Origin: Actinomycetota bacterium
Lineage (GTDB): Bacteria > Actinomycetota > Actinomycetes > S36-B12
DNA: 47,701 nucleotides
Direction: 5' to 3'
Assembly: GCA_016870425.1 (NCBI GenBank)
Contig: VGBQ01000001.1
Location: 1 to 47,701, forward strand
The position numbers were made by a program, and so were the translations under genes. The notes beneath the pieces are model-generated. The model saw nothing but the letters and a program-made list of their open reading frames with translations. It was not told the origin of the DNA and ran no database searches. Shown piece by piece: positions 9,084-17,937 of this stretch; the first letter of the stretch is position 1, and each line of letters opens with the position of its first letter.

Positions 9084-9156
9084 CGTCTTGGCGAGCGATG
9101 TGGTCGAAAACGGAGGCCATCAACCTCGATTTTCGACCACATCGCTCGCCAAGACG
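9084..9156. repeat. perfect 27-bp inverted repeat (hairpin, 19-nt loop); possible terminator or element end
   Basis: CGTCTTGGCGAGCGATGTGGTCGAAAA (9084-9110) and its exact reverse complement (9130-9156). It lies 80 nt after the PHP gene stop and 49 nt before tRNA-Phe, with no U-tract. Confidence 0.8.
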
Positions 9157-9204
9157 GTGCGGGCCGGACCGACCCTGCTAGCCTCCTCTGGCCCCACAGG
9201 GCAC

Positions 9205-9278
9205 GGCCAGGTAGCTCAGTTGGTACGAGCGTCCGACTGAAAATCGGAAGGTCGGCGGTTCGACCCCGCCCCTGGCCA
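9205..9278 (+). tRNA. tRNA-Phe (anticodon GAA)
   Basis: The sequence reads GGCCAGGTAGCTCAGTTGGTACGAGCG..GACTGAAAATC..GGTTCGACCCCGCC..CCTGGCCA. The acceptor stem GGCCAGG/CCTGGCC pairs and CCA is not encoded. Confidence 0.95.
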
Positions 9279-9289
9279 CAGCTGCAGAT

Positions 9290-9532
9290 TCAGCCGAGAT
9301 AGGTCCTGGTGATCCGCAGCCGGTCGCCGGAGAGGTACGGCGGAGCCGAATAGTGCACGGTGATGCTGGCACCGACTCCCCAGGTCCGCAGCGAGACGGT
9401 CCCGGCCTTGGTGATGAGCCGATAGCTGTCGACGGGACCCTTGACTCGGACGCGGACCGGCGCTCCATTGACTCGGCAGCCGCGCGGCACGATCACGGTC
9501 GTTCCCTCACGCGCCACAGACGCCGGGGCCAA
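9290..9532 (-). CDS. hypothetical 80-aa ORF, possibly a gene fragment
   Basis: It has a TTG start, GC-rich third positions and beta-strand-like sequence (RVRVKGPVDSYRLITKAGTVSLRTWGVGASITVHY). There is no SD and no signal peptide. It abuts the 3' end of tRNA-Phe. Confidence 0.3.
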   Translation of the reverse strand: MAPASVAREGTTVIVPRGCRVNGAPVRVRVKGPVDSYRLITKAGTVSLRTWGVGASITVHYSAPPYLSGDRLRITRTYLG

Positions 9533-9957
9533 CCCTGAGCATCCTTTCTTCCCGAGGCCTGCGAGGTCCTTGGGCTACAACTACGCGAGTGCCACGTGGT
9601 CCAACCCTTCCGCGCCCATGGCCGTGACCCTGCAGCCCAACGGGACACCCTCCTTTACGCTGAGGCCTTCGGTGCCACCGCTGCCCGTGGGCAAGTCCAT
9701 GGTGTAGACACCGGAGCAAACTGTTGATCCGCGAGCCGGGATGCACCGAGCCTAGAGGGAAATCGTCTGCGCTGGGCTACGACGATGTGAGGCAGTCGGT
9801 CTCCAGCTGGGTGATGTTCTTCACGATGGTCCCCAGGGTCTTGGCCTGCGCCTTCCAGCTCTTGGTCGGGGCGAGGACCACACTGGCCTCGCTGCTGTTG
9901 CCATAGGCGCCGCTGGCCACGCGGATCGCGATCATGGCCGTGTAGCGTCGCGGCGGC

Positions 9958-10584
9958 TTAGTGGCCGCGGGCCACCCAGGCGTCGTAGTCGGCAGCTTCG
10001 GCGCCGATCGTCGTCTCGTCCCCGTGACCGGTGAGGACGCGGGTGTCCGGTGGCAGGGTGAGCAGTCGCTCGCGGATGGACTCCAGGATGGTCGGGAAGT
10101 CGCTGAAGGACCGGCCCGTGGCCCCTGGCCCGCCCGCGAAGAGTGTGTCGCCCGTGAGGACGACGCCCAGGTCCGGGGCGTAGAGGCAGATTCCCCCCGG
10201 CGAGTGCCCGGGGGTGTGGATGGCCTCCAGCACGACCCCCGCGACCTCCCACCGATCACCATCGGCGAGCTCGGTGAAGGGGACGCCGTCGTTGACGGCG
10301 TCCCAGAGCATCGCGTCGGCGGGATGCAGGCAGACGGCCGCCGACGTGGCAGCCACGAGAGCGCGCGCGGCATTGACGTGGTCGTTGTGCGCATGGGTGC
10401 ACACGATCGCCCGCACCCGCCGATCACCCACTGCCGCCAGGATCGCCTCGGCATCGTGGGCGGCGTCCACGATGATGACGTCACTGTCGTCACCGATGAT
10501 CCACACGTTGTTGTCGACCTCGAAGTCTTGCCCGTCGAGGCTGAAGATCCCGCTCGTGACGACGCGCTCGACCCGCGGGCTCAT
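9958..10584 (-). CDS. MBL-fold metallo-hydrolase (glyoxalase II-like thioesterase)
   Basis: It has the HxHxDH motif (THAHNDHV) and later HTPGHSPG. Its start overlaps the mscR stop (ATGA). This matches the gene pair known from M. tuberculosis Rv2259/Rv2260. Confidence 0.85.
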   Translation of the reverse strand: MSPRVERVVTSGIFSLDGQDFEVDNNVWIIGDDSDVIIVDAAHDAEAILAAVGDRRVRAIVCTHAHNDHVNAARALVAATSAAVCLHPADAMLWDAVNDGVPFTELADGDRWEVAGVVLEAIHTPGHSPGGICLYAPDLGVVLTGDTLFAGGPGATGRSFSDFPTILESIRERLLTLPPDTRVLTGHGDETTIGAEAADYDAWVARGH

Positions 10585-11672
10585 CGGTCGAAGACCACGA
10601 CGCTGCGCAGCACGTCACCGCGATGCATCTTGTCGAAGGCCTCCTCGACGTCGCCGATTCCAATGGTCTCCGACACGAAGTCCTGCAGGGGTAGCCGCCC
10701 CTGCAGGTAGAGGTCGATGAGCATGGGGAAGTCACGCGAGGGCAGGCAGTCGCCGTACCAGCTGGACTTCAGGGATCCACCCCGGCCGAAGTACTCGATG
10801 AGGGGCAGCTCCAGGCGCATGTCGGGCGAGGGCACGCCCACGAGCACGACCGTGCCGGCGAGGTCGCGGGCGTAGAAGGCCTGCTCGTAGGTCTCGGGGC
10901 GGCCTATCGCCTCGATGACGACGTCGGCCCCGAATCCATCGGTCGCCTCGCGGATCGCCTCGACCGGGTCGGTCTGCCGCGAGTTGACGGTGTGCGTGGC
11001 TCCGAAGCCCCTGGCGAGCTCGAGCTTGCGGTCGTCGATGTCGACCGCGACGATCACACGCGCTCCGGCGAGACGGGCCCCCGCGATGGCCGCGTCCCCG
11101 ACTCCTCCGCACCCGATCACCGCGACGGTGTCTCCGCGCGTGACGTTGCCGGTGTTGAGGGCCGCCCCCAGACCCGCCATGACGCCGCATCCGAGGAGAC
11201 CCGCGACCTCGGCCGGTGCTGCGGGGTCGACCTTGGTGCACTGGCCCGCGGCGACGAGGGTCATCTCAGCGAATGCCCCGATGCCAAGGGCCGGGGAGAG
11301 CTCGGTGCCATCGAGCAGGGTCATGCGCTGGGTGGCGTTGTGAGAGGAGAAGCAGTACCACGGGCGTCCGCGCATGCACGCGCGACATGTGCCGCAGACG
11401 GCTCGCCAGTTGAGGATGACGTAGTCGCCCGGCGCGACCTCCGTGACATCCGGGCCGACCGACTCCACCACGCCGGCGGCCTCGTGGCCGAGCAGGAAGG
11501 GGAAGTCGTCGTTGATGGCTCCGTCGCGGTAGTGCAGGTCGGTGTGGCACACCCCGCACGCCAGCGGGCGCACCCTCGCCTCGCCGGGACCCGGATCGGG
11601 CACCACGATGGTCTCGAGCGTGACCGGTTGCCCCTTAGCGCGGGCAACGACACCGTGCACCTGGACCGACAT
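10581..11672 (-). CDS. mscR: S-(hydroxymethyl)mycothiol / S-nitrosomycothiol dehydrogenase (class III Zn-ADH)
   Basis: ATG 11672 follows GAGGAGG. It shows near-colinear resemblance to mycobacterial MscR as I recall it ([60 protein letters not shown]). Confidence 0.9.
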   Translation of the reverse strand: MSVQVHGVVARAKGQPVTLETIVVPDPGPGEARVRPLACGVCHTDLHYRDGAINDDFPFLLGHEAAGVVESVGPDVTEVAPGDYVILNWRAVCGTCRACMRGRPWYCFSSHNATQRMTLLDGTELSPALGIGAFAEMTLVAAGQCTKVDPAAPAEVAGLLGCGVMAGLGAALNTGNVTRGDTVAVIGCGGVGDAAIAGARLAGARVIVAVDIDDRKLELARGFGATHTVNSRQTDPVEAIREATDGFGADVVIEAIGRPETYEQAFYARDLAGTVVLVGVPSPDMRLELPLIEYFGRGGSLKSSWYGDCLPSRDFPMLIDLYLQGRLPLQDFVSETIGIGDVEEAFDKMHRGDVLRSVVVFDR

Positions 11673-11841
11673 GGAGCCTCCTCACCTAGCGGGAGCCCGA
11701 GTCTAGGGATCGGACATTCGGGCACGTGACCCAGCGCCCAGGGGCCTGGACGATCGGTTTTCTCGCACTTTCGCCCCTCCTCGGCTTAGCGTGGGTGGAG
11801 TCGCCCGGCTCCCCGCTGCTTCACTCGCCGACATGGTGTGG

Positions 11842-14800
11842 ATGAAGTCGGCCCCGAGCCGCGTGCCCGTGCTCCTCGTCTCCCTCGGCCTCATCGCGGG
11901 CTCGGTGACCCTTCCTGCGACGGCCGTCGCCGCCCCCGCGGCAGACGGATCCCCCGCGGCCGCTGTGGCACCCGCTGCCGCGAGCGCCAGCAAGCCCAAC
12001 CTGTGGCTGCAGTTGCACGCGGGCCCGAACTCCGCGGTCTCCGAGGCGATGGTCACCGTGACCAACAAGGCCGGCAGGGTGGTCGGCAAGGGCAAGGCCA
12101 ACAAGGCCGGCACGATCATGCTGAGAGTCGAGCCGGGTGCGTCGGCGAAGAATCCCTACCTCGTGCGCACCTCGGGCGGGAAGGTGCGCGGCAAGGCCTT
12201 CGACGGGCATCTCGAGCTCGTCATCACCAAGCTCGGCATGCGCCACGGCGCGCACTTCGTCGATCTCGTGACCACAGTCGCGAGCGACTACGTCGAGGAG
12301 TACGGCGGCACGCTCGCCCAGGCCGAGCGCCGCGCCTTCCGCAAGCTCGGCCTGAGCGAGGATCTCGGCCACGGCCACCTGGCGGTGCCGACGTATGCCG
12401 TGCACGCACCGGCGCTGTCGCGCCATCACAAGGCCAAGGGGGGCTTCGATGGCACGGTGCGCCATCTGGTCAAGCTCATGAGGACGGCCAAGCCCTTCCC
12501 CGACTTCGGGACGCACAAGGTCGAGCGCCTCGGCGCGGCCGGGCCGCAGGGACGGTCCTCCAGCGGCTACTCCAATGCCGCTTGCGAGGCGCAGACCCTG
12601 CCCAGTCCCGTTGCCAACAGTCCCGCGACGGTCGGTGTCTATGGCGCCATGATGACCGCCGGCCTGGTCTCTGCCTACATGACCAAGGACCCCTCGCTGC
12701 TGCTCAACGGTGTCGCGGGGATGGTCTTCTCCAACACCCCCGGCATGACCAATGCCTCGATGCTGGCATCGGTGCAGGCGCAGTTGTCATGCATCTCCCA
12801 GCAGATCGCCATGGTCGCGCAGACCCTGTCGCTGCAGATGTCCGTCCAGGATGCGGCCCGCTGCGAGTCGACCTACGTCAAGCCCACGTGGACCAACTAC
12901 TACCAACCGCTGCTCAATGCTGCCGCACAGAGCCCTACGGACCCGACGACAAGCCTGGACGACACGGTCAACAACGCCAGTCTTCAGCCGACCATGGATC
13001 AGATCGAGTTGATGAATCAGCAGTGTGGCGACATCATCAACGACGCTCTGTTCAACACCCAGGGCGGAGTCCAAGCGGCCTGGCCGACCGTCCTGGCGGA
13101 ATCACGTGAAGCGAATTCGGCCGCCTTCAAGCCCGCAGCACTCGCCCAGCTGCAGCAGTTCCTTCAGTACTGGGGCAACATCGAGTACCAGCAGTCCATC
13201 ATGATGAACGACTGGTACAACTACCAGGCGACCGTGATCCGCAAGCCGCAGACCACGTTGCAGAACGCCGCGATCGGCGGCAACTGCCAGCAGAGTGCGG
13301 ACCTGAGCAACACCGCGGACAATCAGGATGCCTCCACCTGGTGCCAGTGGCAGCAGAACATCGTCAACGTCTGGCCCGGCGACGTCTTCTCCGATGAGGT
13401 GGCGGACTGGGATCTCGAGCCGGTGCAGAGCTCCTCTCCCTACGCGATCTCCGGCTCCGCGGTGAGTGCTGTCCCCGGCGGCTGGGGCAACTCCACGGCG
13501 GCGTGGACGGAAGATCCTCGCGGCCTCACCCCGGGCACCCTGGGGACGTCGGACCTGCCCAATGGCACGTGGAAGGTGTCCAACGCACTGGCGACGTACA
13601 ACAACCAGCCCGAGCAGGTGTTGAGTGCTCCCTACCAGCGCTACGACTACCGGGCTGCAACGAAGACGTTCGCGCCGACGAGGTCGCAGCTCGACGGGTA
13701 CAACAACTTCCACAGCTTCTTCATCGGTGCGCTGGGGGCGACGATCACGGATGACACGGCCACCCCGTGCACGGAGAACTGCCCCGACTGGACCTTCATC
13801 GGGGCGGACGGCAAGACGGAACTGGAGTACCTCGACTTCAACAGTCAAGCCTGCCACGATGAGCAGAACTCGCAGAACTTCAAGTGGTACTACAACTCGC
13901 GCTACCTCCACAACTGGGTCACCAGCCCGGGGCCGTGGAAGACGGACGGGACAGGCACGTACGTCGGCGGCGAGGTGTCGTCCGACGCCCACAACGGCAG
14001 CACGGTGTGCAGCCACAATGTCCCGCCCTTCGCATGGTTCCTCGCACGCCCGTGGACGCAGGGCGCGTCCTGGCCCGCGGTGCCCACGGTGACCTCACCG
14101 AGCAGCGTTGCGGCCAATGCGCAGCTCACCGCCAGCGGGTGCCCGGACTCCGGCTGCACGTGGGCGATCACCTCGGGTGCTATCCCGGGCCTGACGGTGT
14201 CGTCCTCCGGGCAGCTGAACTACACCGGCACGAGCACAAGCTCGACCGCCAAGGTCACCGTGGCCGCGATGAACACTTACCAGGCGTCCCTGGATAAGGC
14301 CATCACCGTCAATCTCACGCAGTTCTACCCGGTGATCACCACGACGGGGACGGTGCCGCGGAACACGCAGCTCGCCGCTGACCACTGCCCGACCAGCGGG
14401 TGCACCTGGTCGCTGACAGGTGCCGTGCCCGCCGGGATCAGCCTGAGCACGTCGGGCGTCATCTCCTACACGGGGAATGGCGCCGCGGGGGTCGTCGCCA
14501 TCCGACCGGTCGCGACCAATTCGGTGGGTTCCTCTGCGCCGGGCTACGTGCAGGTCGACCTCACCTCAGAGGCACCCACCGTGATCAACGGCGGCATCTA
14601 CGCCCGCAACGGCCTCCTCATCGCCACGGGCGGTGGAGGAGCCATAACCTGGAAGCTGCTGTCGACGACCGTGCCGGGAGTCAACGTCAACGGGATGGGC
14701 TACGTCATCGTCTCCGGATCGCCATCGGCCTCGACAGCCCAGGTCACGGTGACCGCGACGAACTCCTACGGGCAGACGTCGCCGCCGACCACGCTGACGG

Positions 14801-15099
14801 TGTCGACGCGCTACTACGCGCCGATCATCACCTCCTCCGGGACGGTCCACTACGGCAACGGGGCCAAACTCACCGCGAGCGGGTGCCCCTCCAGCGGGTG
14901 CGTCTGGTCCTTCTACGGCTACTCGCAGACCGGTCAGGCCTATCCCTTACCGCCGAATGACGTCGTGCTCTACGCCGATGGGACGTTGAAATACGTGGGC
15001 TCCGGTGGAGTGCCGACGGTGACAGTTGCCGTGATCACCTCGACGGCGTTCCCCAACGGCGTGCTGTCGCAACCGGTGGTCCTGAAGCTGACGCTCTAG
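11842..15099 (+). CDS. large secreted protein of unknown function with four C-terminal Ig-like (He_PIG-like) repeats
   Basis: ATG 11842 gives MKSAPSRVPVLLVSLGLIAGSVTLPATAVA (alternative starts 11833 and 11791). A long N/Q/W/Y-rich central region has no motif I recognise. The ORF is intact for more than 3.2 kb. Confidence 0.85.
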   Translation: MKSAPSRVPVLLVSLGLIAGSVTLPATAVAAPAADGSPAAAVAPAAASASKPNLWLQLHAGPNSAVSEAMVTVTNKAGRVVGKGKANKAGTIMLRVEPGASAKNPYLVRTSGGKVRGKAFDGHLELVITKLGMRHGAHFVDLVTTVASDYVEEYGGTLAQAERRAFRKLGLSEDLGHGHLAVPTYAVHAPALSRHHKAKGGFDGTVRHLVKLMRTAKPFPDFGTHKVERLGAAGPQGRSSSGYSNAACEAQTLPSPVANSPATVGVYGAMMTAGLVSAYMTKDPSLLLNGVAGMVFSNTPGMTNASMLASVQAQLSCISQQIAMVAQTLSLQMSVQDAARCESTYVKPTWTNYYQPLLNAAAQSPTDPTTSLDDTVNNASLQPTMDQIELMNQQCGDIINDALFNTQGGVQAAWPTVLAESREANSAAFKPAALAQLQQFLQYWGNIEYQQSIMMNDWYNYQATVIRKPQTTLQNAAIGGNCQQSADLSNTADNQDASTWCQWQQNIVNVWPGDVFSDEVADWDLEPVQSSSPYAISGSAVSAVPGGWGNSTAAWTEDPRGLTPGTLGTSDLPNGTWKVSNALATYNNQPEQVLSAPYQRYDYRAATKTFAPTRSQLDGYNNFHSFFIGALGATITDDTATPCTENCPDWTFIGADGKTELEYLDFNSQACHDEQNSQNFKWYYNSRYLHNWVTSPGPWKTDGTGTYVGGEVSSDAHNGSTVCSHNVPPFAWFLARPWTQGASWPAVPTVTSPSSVAANAQLTASGCPDSGCTWAITSGAIPGLTVSSSGQLNYTGTSTSSTAKVTVAAMNTYQASLDKAITVNLTQFYPVITTTGTVPRNTQLAADHCPTSGCTWSLTGAVPAGISLSTSGVISYTGNGAAGVVAIRPVATNSVGSSAPGYVQVDLTSEAPTVINGGIYARNGLLIATGGGGAITWKLLSTTVPGVNVNGMGYVIVSGSPSASTAQVTVTATNSYGQTSPPTTLTVSTRYYAPIITSSGTVHYGNGAKLTASGCPSSGCVWSFYGYSQTGQAYPLPPNDVVLYADGTLKYVGSGGVPTVTVAVITSTAFPNGVLSQPVVLKLTL
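14074..15096 (+). repeat. four tandem ~80-95 aa Ig-like coding repeats (14074, 14326, 14572, 14812)
   Basis: Repeat 1 has LTASGCPDSGCTWAITSGAIPGLTVSSSGQLNYTG, repeat 2 has LAADHCPTSGCTWSLTGAVPAGISLSTSGVISYTG, and repeat 4 has LTASGCPSSGCVWSF. Repeat 3 lacks the Cys pair (ATGGGGAITWKLLSTTVPGVNVNGMGYVIVSG). Confidence 0.75.
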
Positions 15100-15105
15100 C
15101 CAGGC

Positions 15106-15975
15106 TCACTCGCACACGATGCCATCGCCGTCACGGTCGATGTACCAGTCGTATTCGGGGTCGATTCCCTGGTAGTAGGGCCCGTAGCCCGCGGCGATCG
15201 CGGCGGTGCACGTCGGGAAGCGCGGATCGACGGCACCGCCGCTGCCCCCGCCCCCGTCGTTGTTGCCGCCCGGACCACGAGTCACTGAAGCCCGGGGCGG
15301 CAGGCTGATCACCGGATCCCCGCAACTGGTGATGAGGACCTTGAGCGCGGATCGCTCCGCGCGGTCAACCGACAGCCGCCACCGATACTTCACGGCGATC
15401 CAGGTCGTTGCGTAGGTGCACCAGTAGGACCTCACCGGCGGCAGCCACTCCGCCGGATCGCTGTCGCTCTTGGCCCGGTTGGAGCTTGCTGACACGGCGA
15501 TCAGGCTGCCGGCGTAACCGAGATCATTGGCGAAGGCCTCGCGCGTCCGCGCGTCCCAGCGACGCGCACCCGATGCCCACGCCTCGGCCAGGGCGACGAC
15601 GTGGTCGACGTCGAAGGTGGACGAGTCCGTGGTCAGGGCAGCGTCGTAGGCGGAGAGCCATCGTCCGCGCACCGAGCATCCCGGGCCGCGTGCCGGCTGG
15701 ACCTGCGACTCGGCGAGCAGCACCTCCTCGCGCGCATCGCAGCCGTCCTTGTCGGCGTCGATCCAGTGGCGAAAGAGGTCGCGGTCGTAGCCCCGGGGGC
15801 GCTCCCCCTTGACCTTGAGCCCGTCGAGCACCACGCTCGCGCGCTGGGCGCTCGCCGCCTGGGCCGGGGCGGTCGCCGTCGCCATGGGCACGAGGGCGGC
15901 CAGGGTCATGAGGGCGACGGCAGACGCGCCGATCCCGCGCACGGTCGCGCGGCGGCGTCGCCTCAGGGAAGTCAT
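15106..15975 (-). CDS. secreted HNH-type nuclease (DUF1524/GmrSD C-terminal-like) with C-terminal Excalibur Ca-binding domain
   Basis: It has an Arg-rich signal peptide MTSLRRRRRATVRGIGASAVALMTLAAL and a DUF1524-like core (DVDHVVALAEAW...NRAKSDSDPAEWLP). The Excalibur motif is CTAAIAAGYGPYYQGIDPEYDWYIDRDGDGIVCE. Confidence 0.8.
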   Translation of the reverse strand: MTSLRRRRRATVRGIGASAVALMTLAALVPMATATAPAQAASAQRASVVLDGLKVKGERPRGYDRDLFRHWIDADKDGCDAREEVLLAESQVQPARGPGCSVRGRWLSAYDAALTTDSSTFDVDHVVALAEAWASGARRWDARTREAFANDLGYAGSLIAVSASSNRAKSDSDPAEWLPPVRSYWCTYATTWIAVKYRWRLSVDRAERSALKVLITSCGDPVISLPPRASVTRGPGGNNDGGGGSGGAVDPRFPTCTAAIAAGYGPYYQGIDPEYDWYIDRDGDGIVCE

Positions 15976-16135
15976 CGGACGCGGACCCGTGACACGGTCA
16001 TCTCAGTCCCCCCGGAAGCGCGCTGCGTGCCCGCGTCGGCGGGCACCACCCCGACTCTAACCCGCACGCACCACCGAGGGTGCGTTATCGCCGCTGGGAG
16101 GGCCTCAGCCATGCTCGCGGAGGGAGACTGAGCAC

Positions 16136-16936
16136 ATGCTGGCCGCCTTCCTCCTCGCCGTGGCGGCCACGAGCGCGAGCCTGACGGCCACCCCGGCTGC
16201 AGAGGACGACGTCCGACTCGGCCTGAGCTTCGTGACCGCTCGTTATGCCGAGCTCCCGGGCGGGTATGCGCCGTACAGCGATCTGAGCAATATCTACGGC
16301 ACCGGGAGCATCATCGGCCTCACCATCTCCTGCCAGGGGTCATCGGTCGCATGCGATATGGCGCGGCCGGTCCAGCTGCAGGTGACGCGTGGCGCGAAGA
16401 CCACGACCGTGCGCTCGGGCACTTACGGGGAGTTCTACAAGTCGATCAACGCGTGGGAGGACTACCGAGAACTCAAGCGGATCTACCCCACGGTCGACAC
16501 GACGCGTCCGGGACGGGTCTCCTACCGATGGCATATGCCGGCGTGGGGAGACCTTCCGGCGGTGACGTCAAACCCTGCCGACTTCCGGATCCGCTGGGCG
16601 ACCAAGGTGCGCGTGACCGTCACCAACGGCAGATGGGAGCCCTACGGCTGGATCCAGGGCCTCCTGCACTACTGCGTGCGCCGCACCAGCGACAGGGTGC
16701 CGATGATCACGCTGCGCATCTCCCCTCGCGAGGCCGGCCGTGAGGGATTCTACGAATACGTGGAGGGAGATCGCGTCGTCGCCGAGCGGCTGCTCTCGAC
16801 CGCGCGCGGGACATTCCGCTTCCCCGGGCCGAAGGACCGCATGGACATCCGCATCATCCGCGTGATGGCGACATCGACCCACTCGGGATTCAGCATCAAC
16901 TTCGACTTCTGCACGCCGGGCGTCACCGGACCGTAG
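16136..16936 (+). CDS. hypothetical exported protein
   Basis: ATG 16136 follows GGAGGGAG. It has a short hydrophobic N-terminus (MLAAFLLAVAATSASLTA). No motif was recognised. Confidence 0.7.
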   Translation: MLAAFLLAVAATSASLTATPAAEDDVRLGLSFVTARYAELPGGYAPYSDLSNIYGTGSIIGLTISCQGSSVACDMARPVQLQVTRGAKTTTVRSGTYGEFYKSINAWEDYRELKRIYPTVDTTRPGRVSYRWHMPAWGDLPAVTSNPADFRIRWATKVRVTVTNGRWEPYGWIQGLLHYCVRRTSDRVPMITLRISPREAGREGFYEYVEGDRVVAERLLSTARGTFRFPGPKDRMDIRIIRVMATSTHSGFSINFDFCTPGVTGP

Positions 16937-16946
16937 GGAGAGGGCC

Positions 16947-17921
16947 ATGAAGCGAGGTGTCGTCGTCGCCGTCGCGACGGCCGCGGTCGCCGTAAGCGGC
17001 GCGCTCGGATCCAGCGCCGCGGCGACTCCGACCGGGGGCGCGGGAGCGCGCATCCCCGCGCCGGACTTCGGGAGTTTCGTCGAGGAGGACTCACTCCATT
17101 CCCCGAAACCCCGCTCATCCAGGGCCTGGAGCGAGCCCGACTGGTGCGCGAAGCGCGCGCCGCTCGGCGACCTGGCACGCTCCTACGACCCGCGCGACCC
17201 GCGGCCGACCCTCCTGGAGATCGCGAAGCGGAGATACCCGCCCGCCGTACCCCTGATCGAGGCAGCCCCCGACGACCGCCTGAGGTACTGGCTCCGCCCG
17301 CTCCCCGGCAAGAAGAACGACCTGAAGAGCGTGGTGTCGCTCTTTGCGAACGTCGTGCACGAGGAGGGACACGCGCTGACATGGCCCGGTGCGAATCCGC
17401 CCAGCGTCTTCGCCTACCGGATAGTGGACGACAGCAGCGTCGTGCTCGTGCCGGGGGTCGAGGCCTATCCGCGCTCGCAGATCCTGCGGCGGCACCCCAG
17501 TCCCGCGACCGACCCCTATGCCAAGGCCTATCTCGAGGGGCCCATGGGCGGCCAGGACATCGAGATGCTCACCGAGGAATTCGTGCAGTACGTCCACTCC
17601 CTGGCTTCGGGATTCTGCGCCTACGACGTGCCGAGCAACACGCGCGTGAGCTATCGCGACGGCGTGCTGACGCACATGTGGTGGATGCAGATGTATCTCG
17701 CGGTGGGCCGCAAGCACCACCCTCAGGACTATCGGGCGATCCTGGCCAACAAGGCTCTCGTCACCGTGATCATCGACACGTGGCGGCGCGCGGAGCACTG
17801 GCTGGCCAAGACCCGCGGCACCAACTACGGCATCGACGACGCGGCACTGCTCGCGCGGGTCTCGAGGCCGGCGAACAAGGCCGAGATCGACCGGCTGCGA
17901 CGCGCACTGCACCAGGGCTAG
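16947..17921 (+). CDS. hypothetical secreted protein with HExxH zinc-metallopeptidase motif
   Basis: It starts 10 nt after the previous stop, following GGGAGAGGG. The signal peptide is MKRGVVVAVATAAVAVSGALGSSAAA. The only motif is NVVHEEGHAL. Confidence 0.7.
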   Translation: MKRGVVVAVATAAVAVSGALGSSAAATPTGGAGARIPAPDFGSFVEEDSLHSPKPRSSRAWSEPDWCAKRAPLGDLARSYDPRDPRPTLLEIAKRRYPPAVPLIEAAPDDRLRYWLRPLPGKKNDLKSVVSLFANVVHEEGHALTWPGANPPSVFAYRIVDDSSVVLVPGVEAYPRSQILRRHPSPATDPYAKAYLEGPMGGQDIEMLTEEFVQYVHSLASGFCAYDVPSNTRVSYRDGVLTHMWWMQMYLAVGRKHHPQDYRAILANKALVTVIIDTWRRAEHWLAKTRGTNYGIDDAALLARVSRPANKAEIDRLRRALHQG

Positions 17922-17937
17922 CCGCCCCGGCAGCGCT

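Noticed and set aside
9205-9957. An integrative element, prophage or integrase next to tRNA-Phe, and likewise next to tRNA-Asp.
   Set aside because: There is no integrase, excisionase or transposase ORF. I found no direct repeat of the tRNA 3' end in the window. Only fragmentary ORFs are present, so I report at most a possible scar, not a mobile element.
9777-10493. A 238-aa minus-strand ORF overlapping the MBL-hydrolase gene.
   Set aside because: It is an alternate frame of the MBL gene for most of its length and is Ser/Pro/Arg/Thr-rich. Only its last 52 codons (9777-9935) lie outside the MBL gene. They lack an SD, so they are mentioned only within the fragment-region finding.
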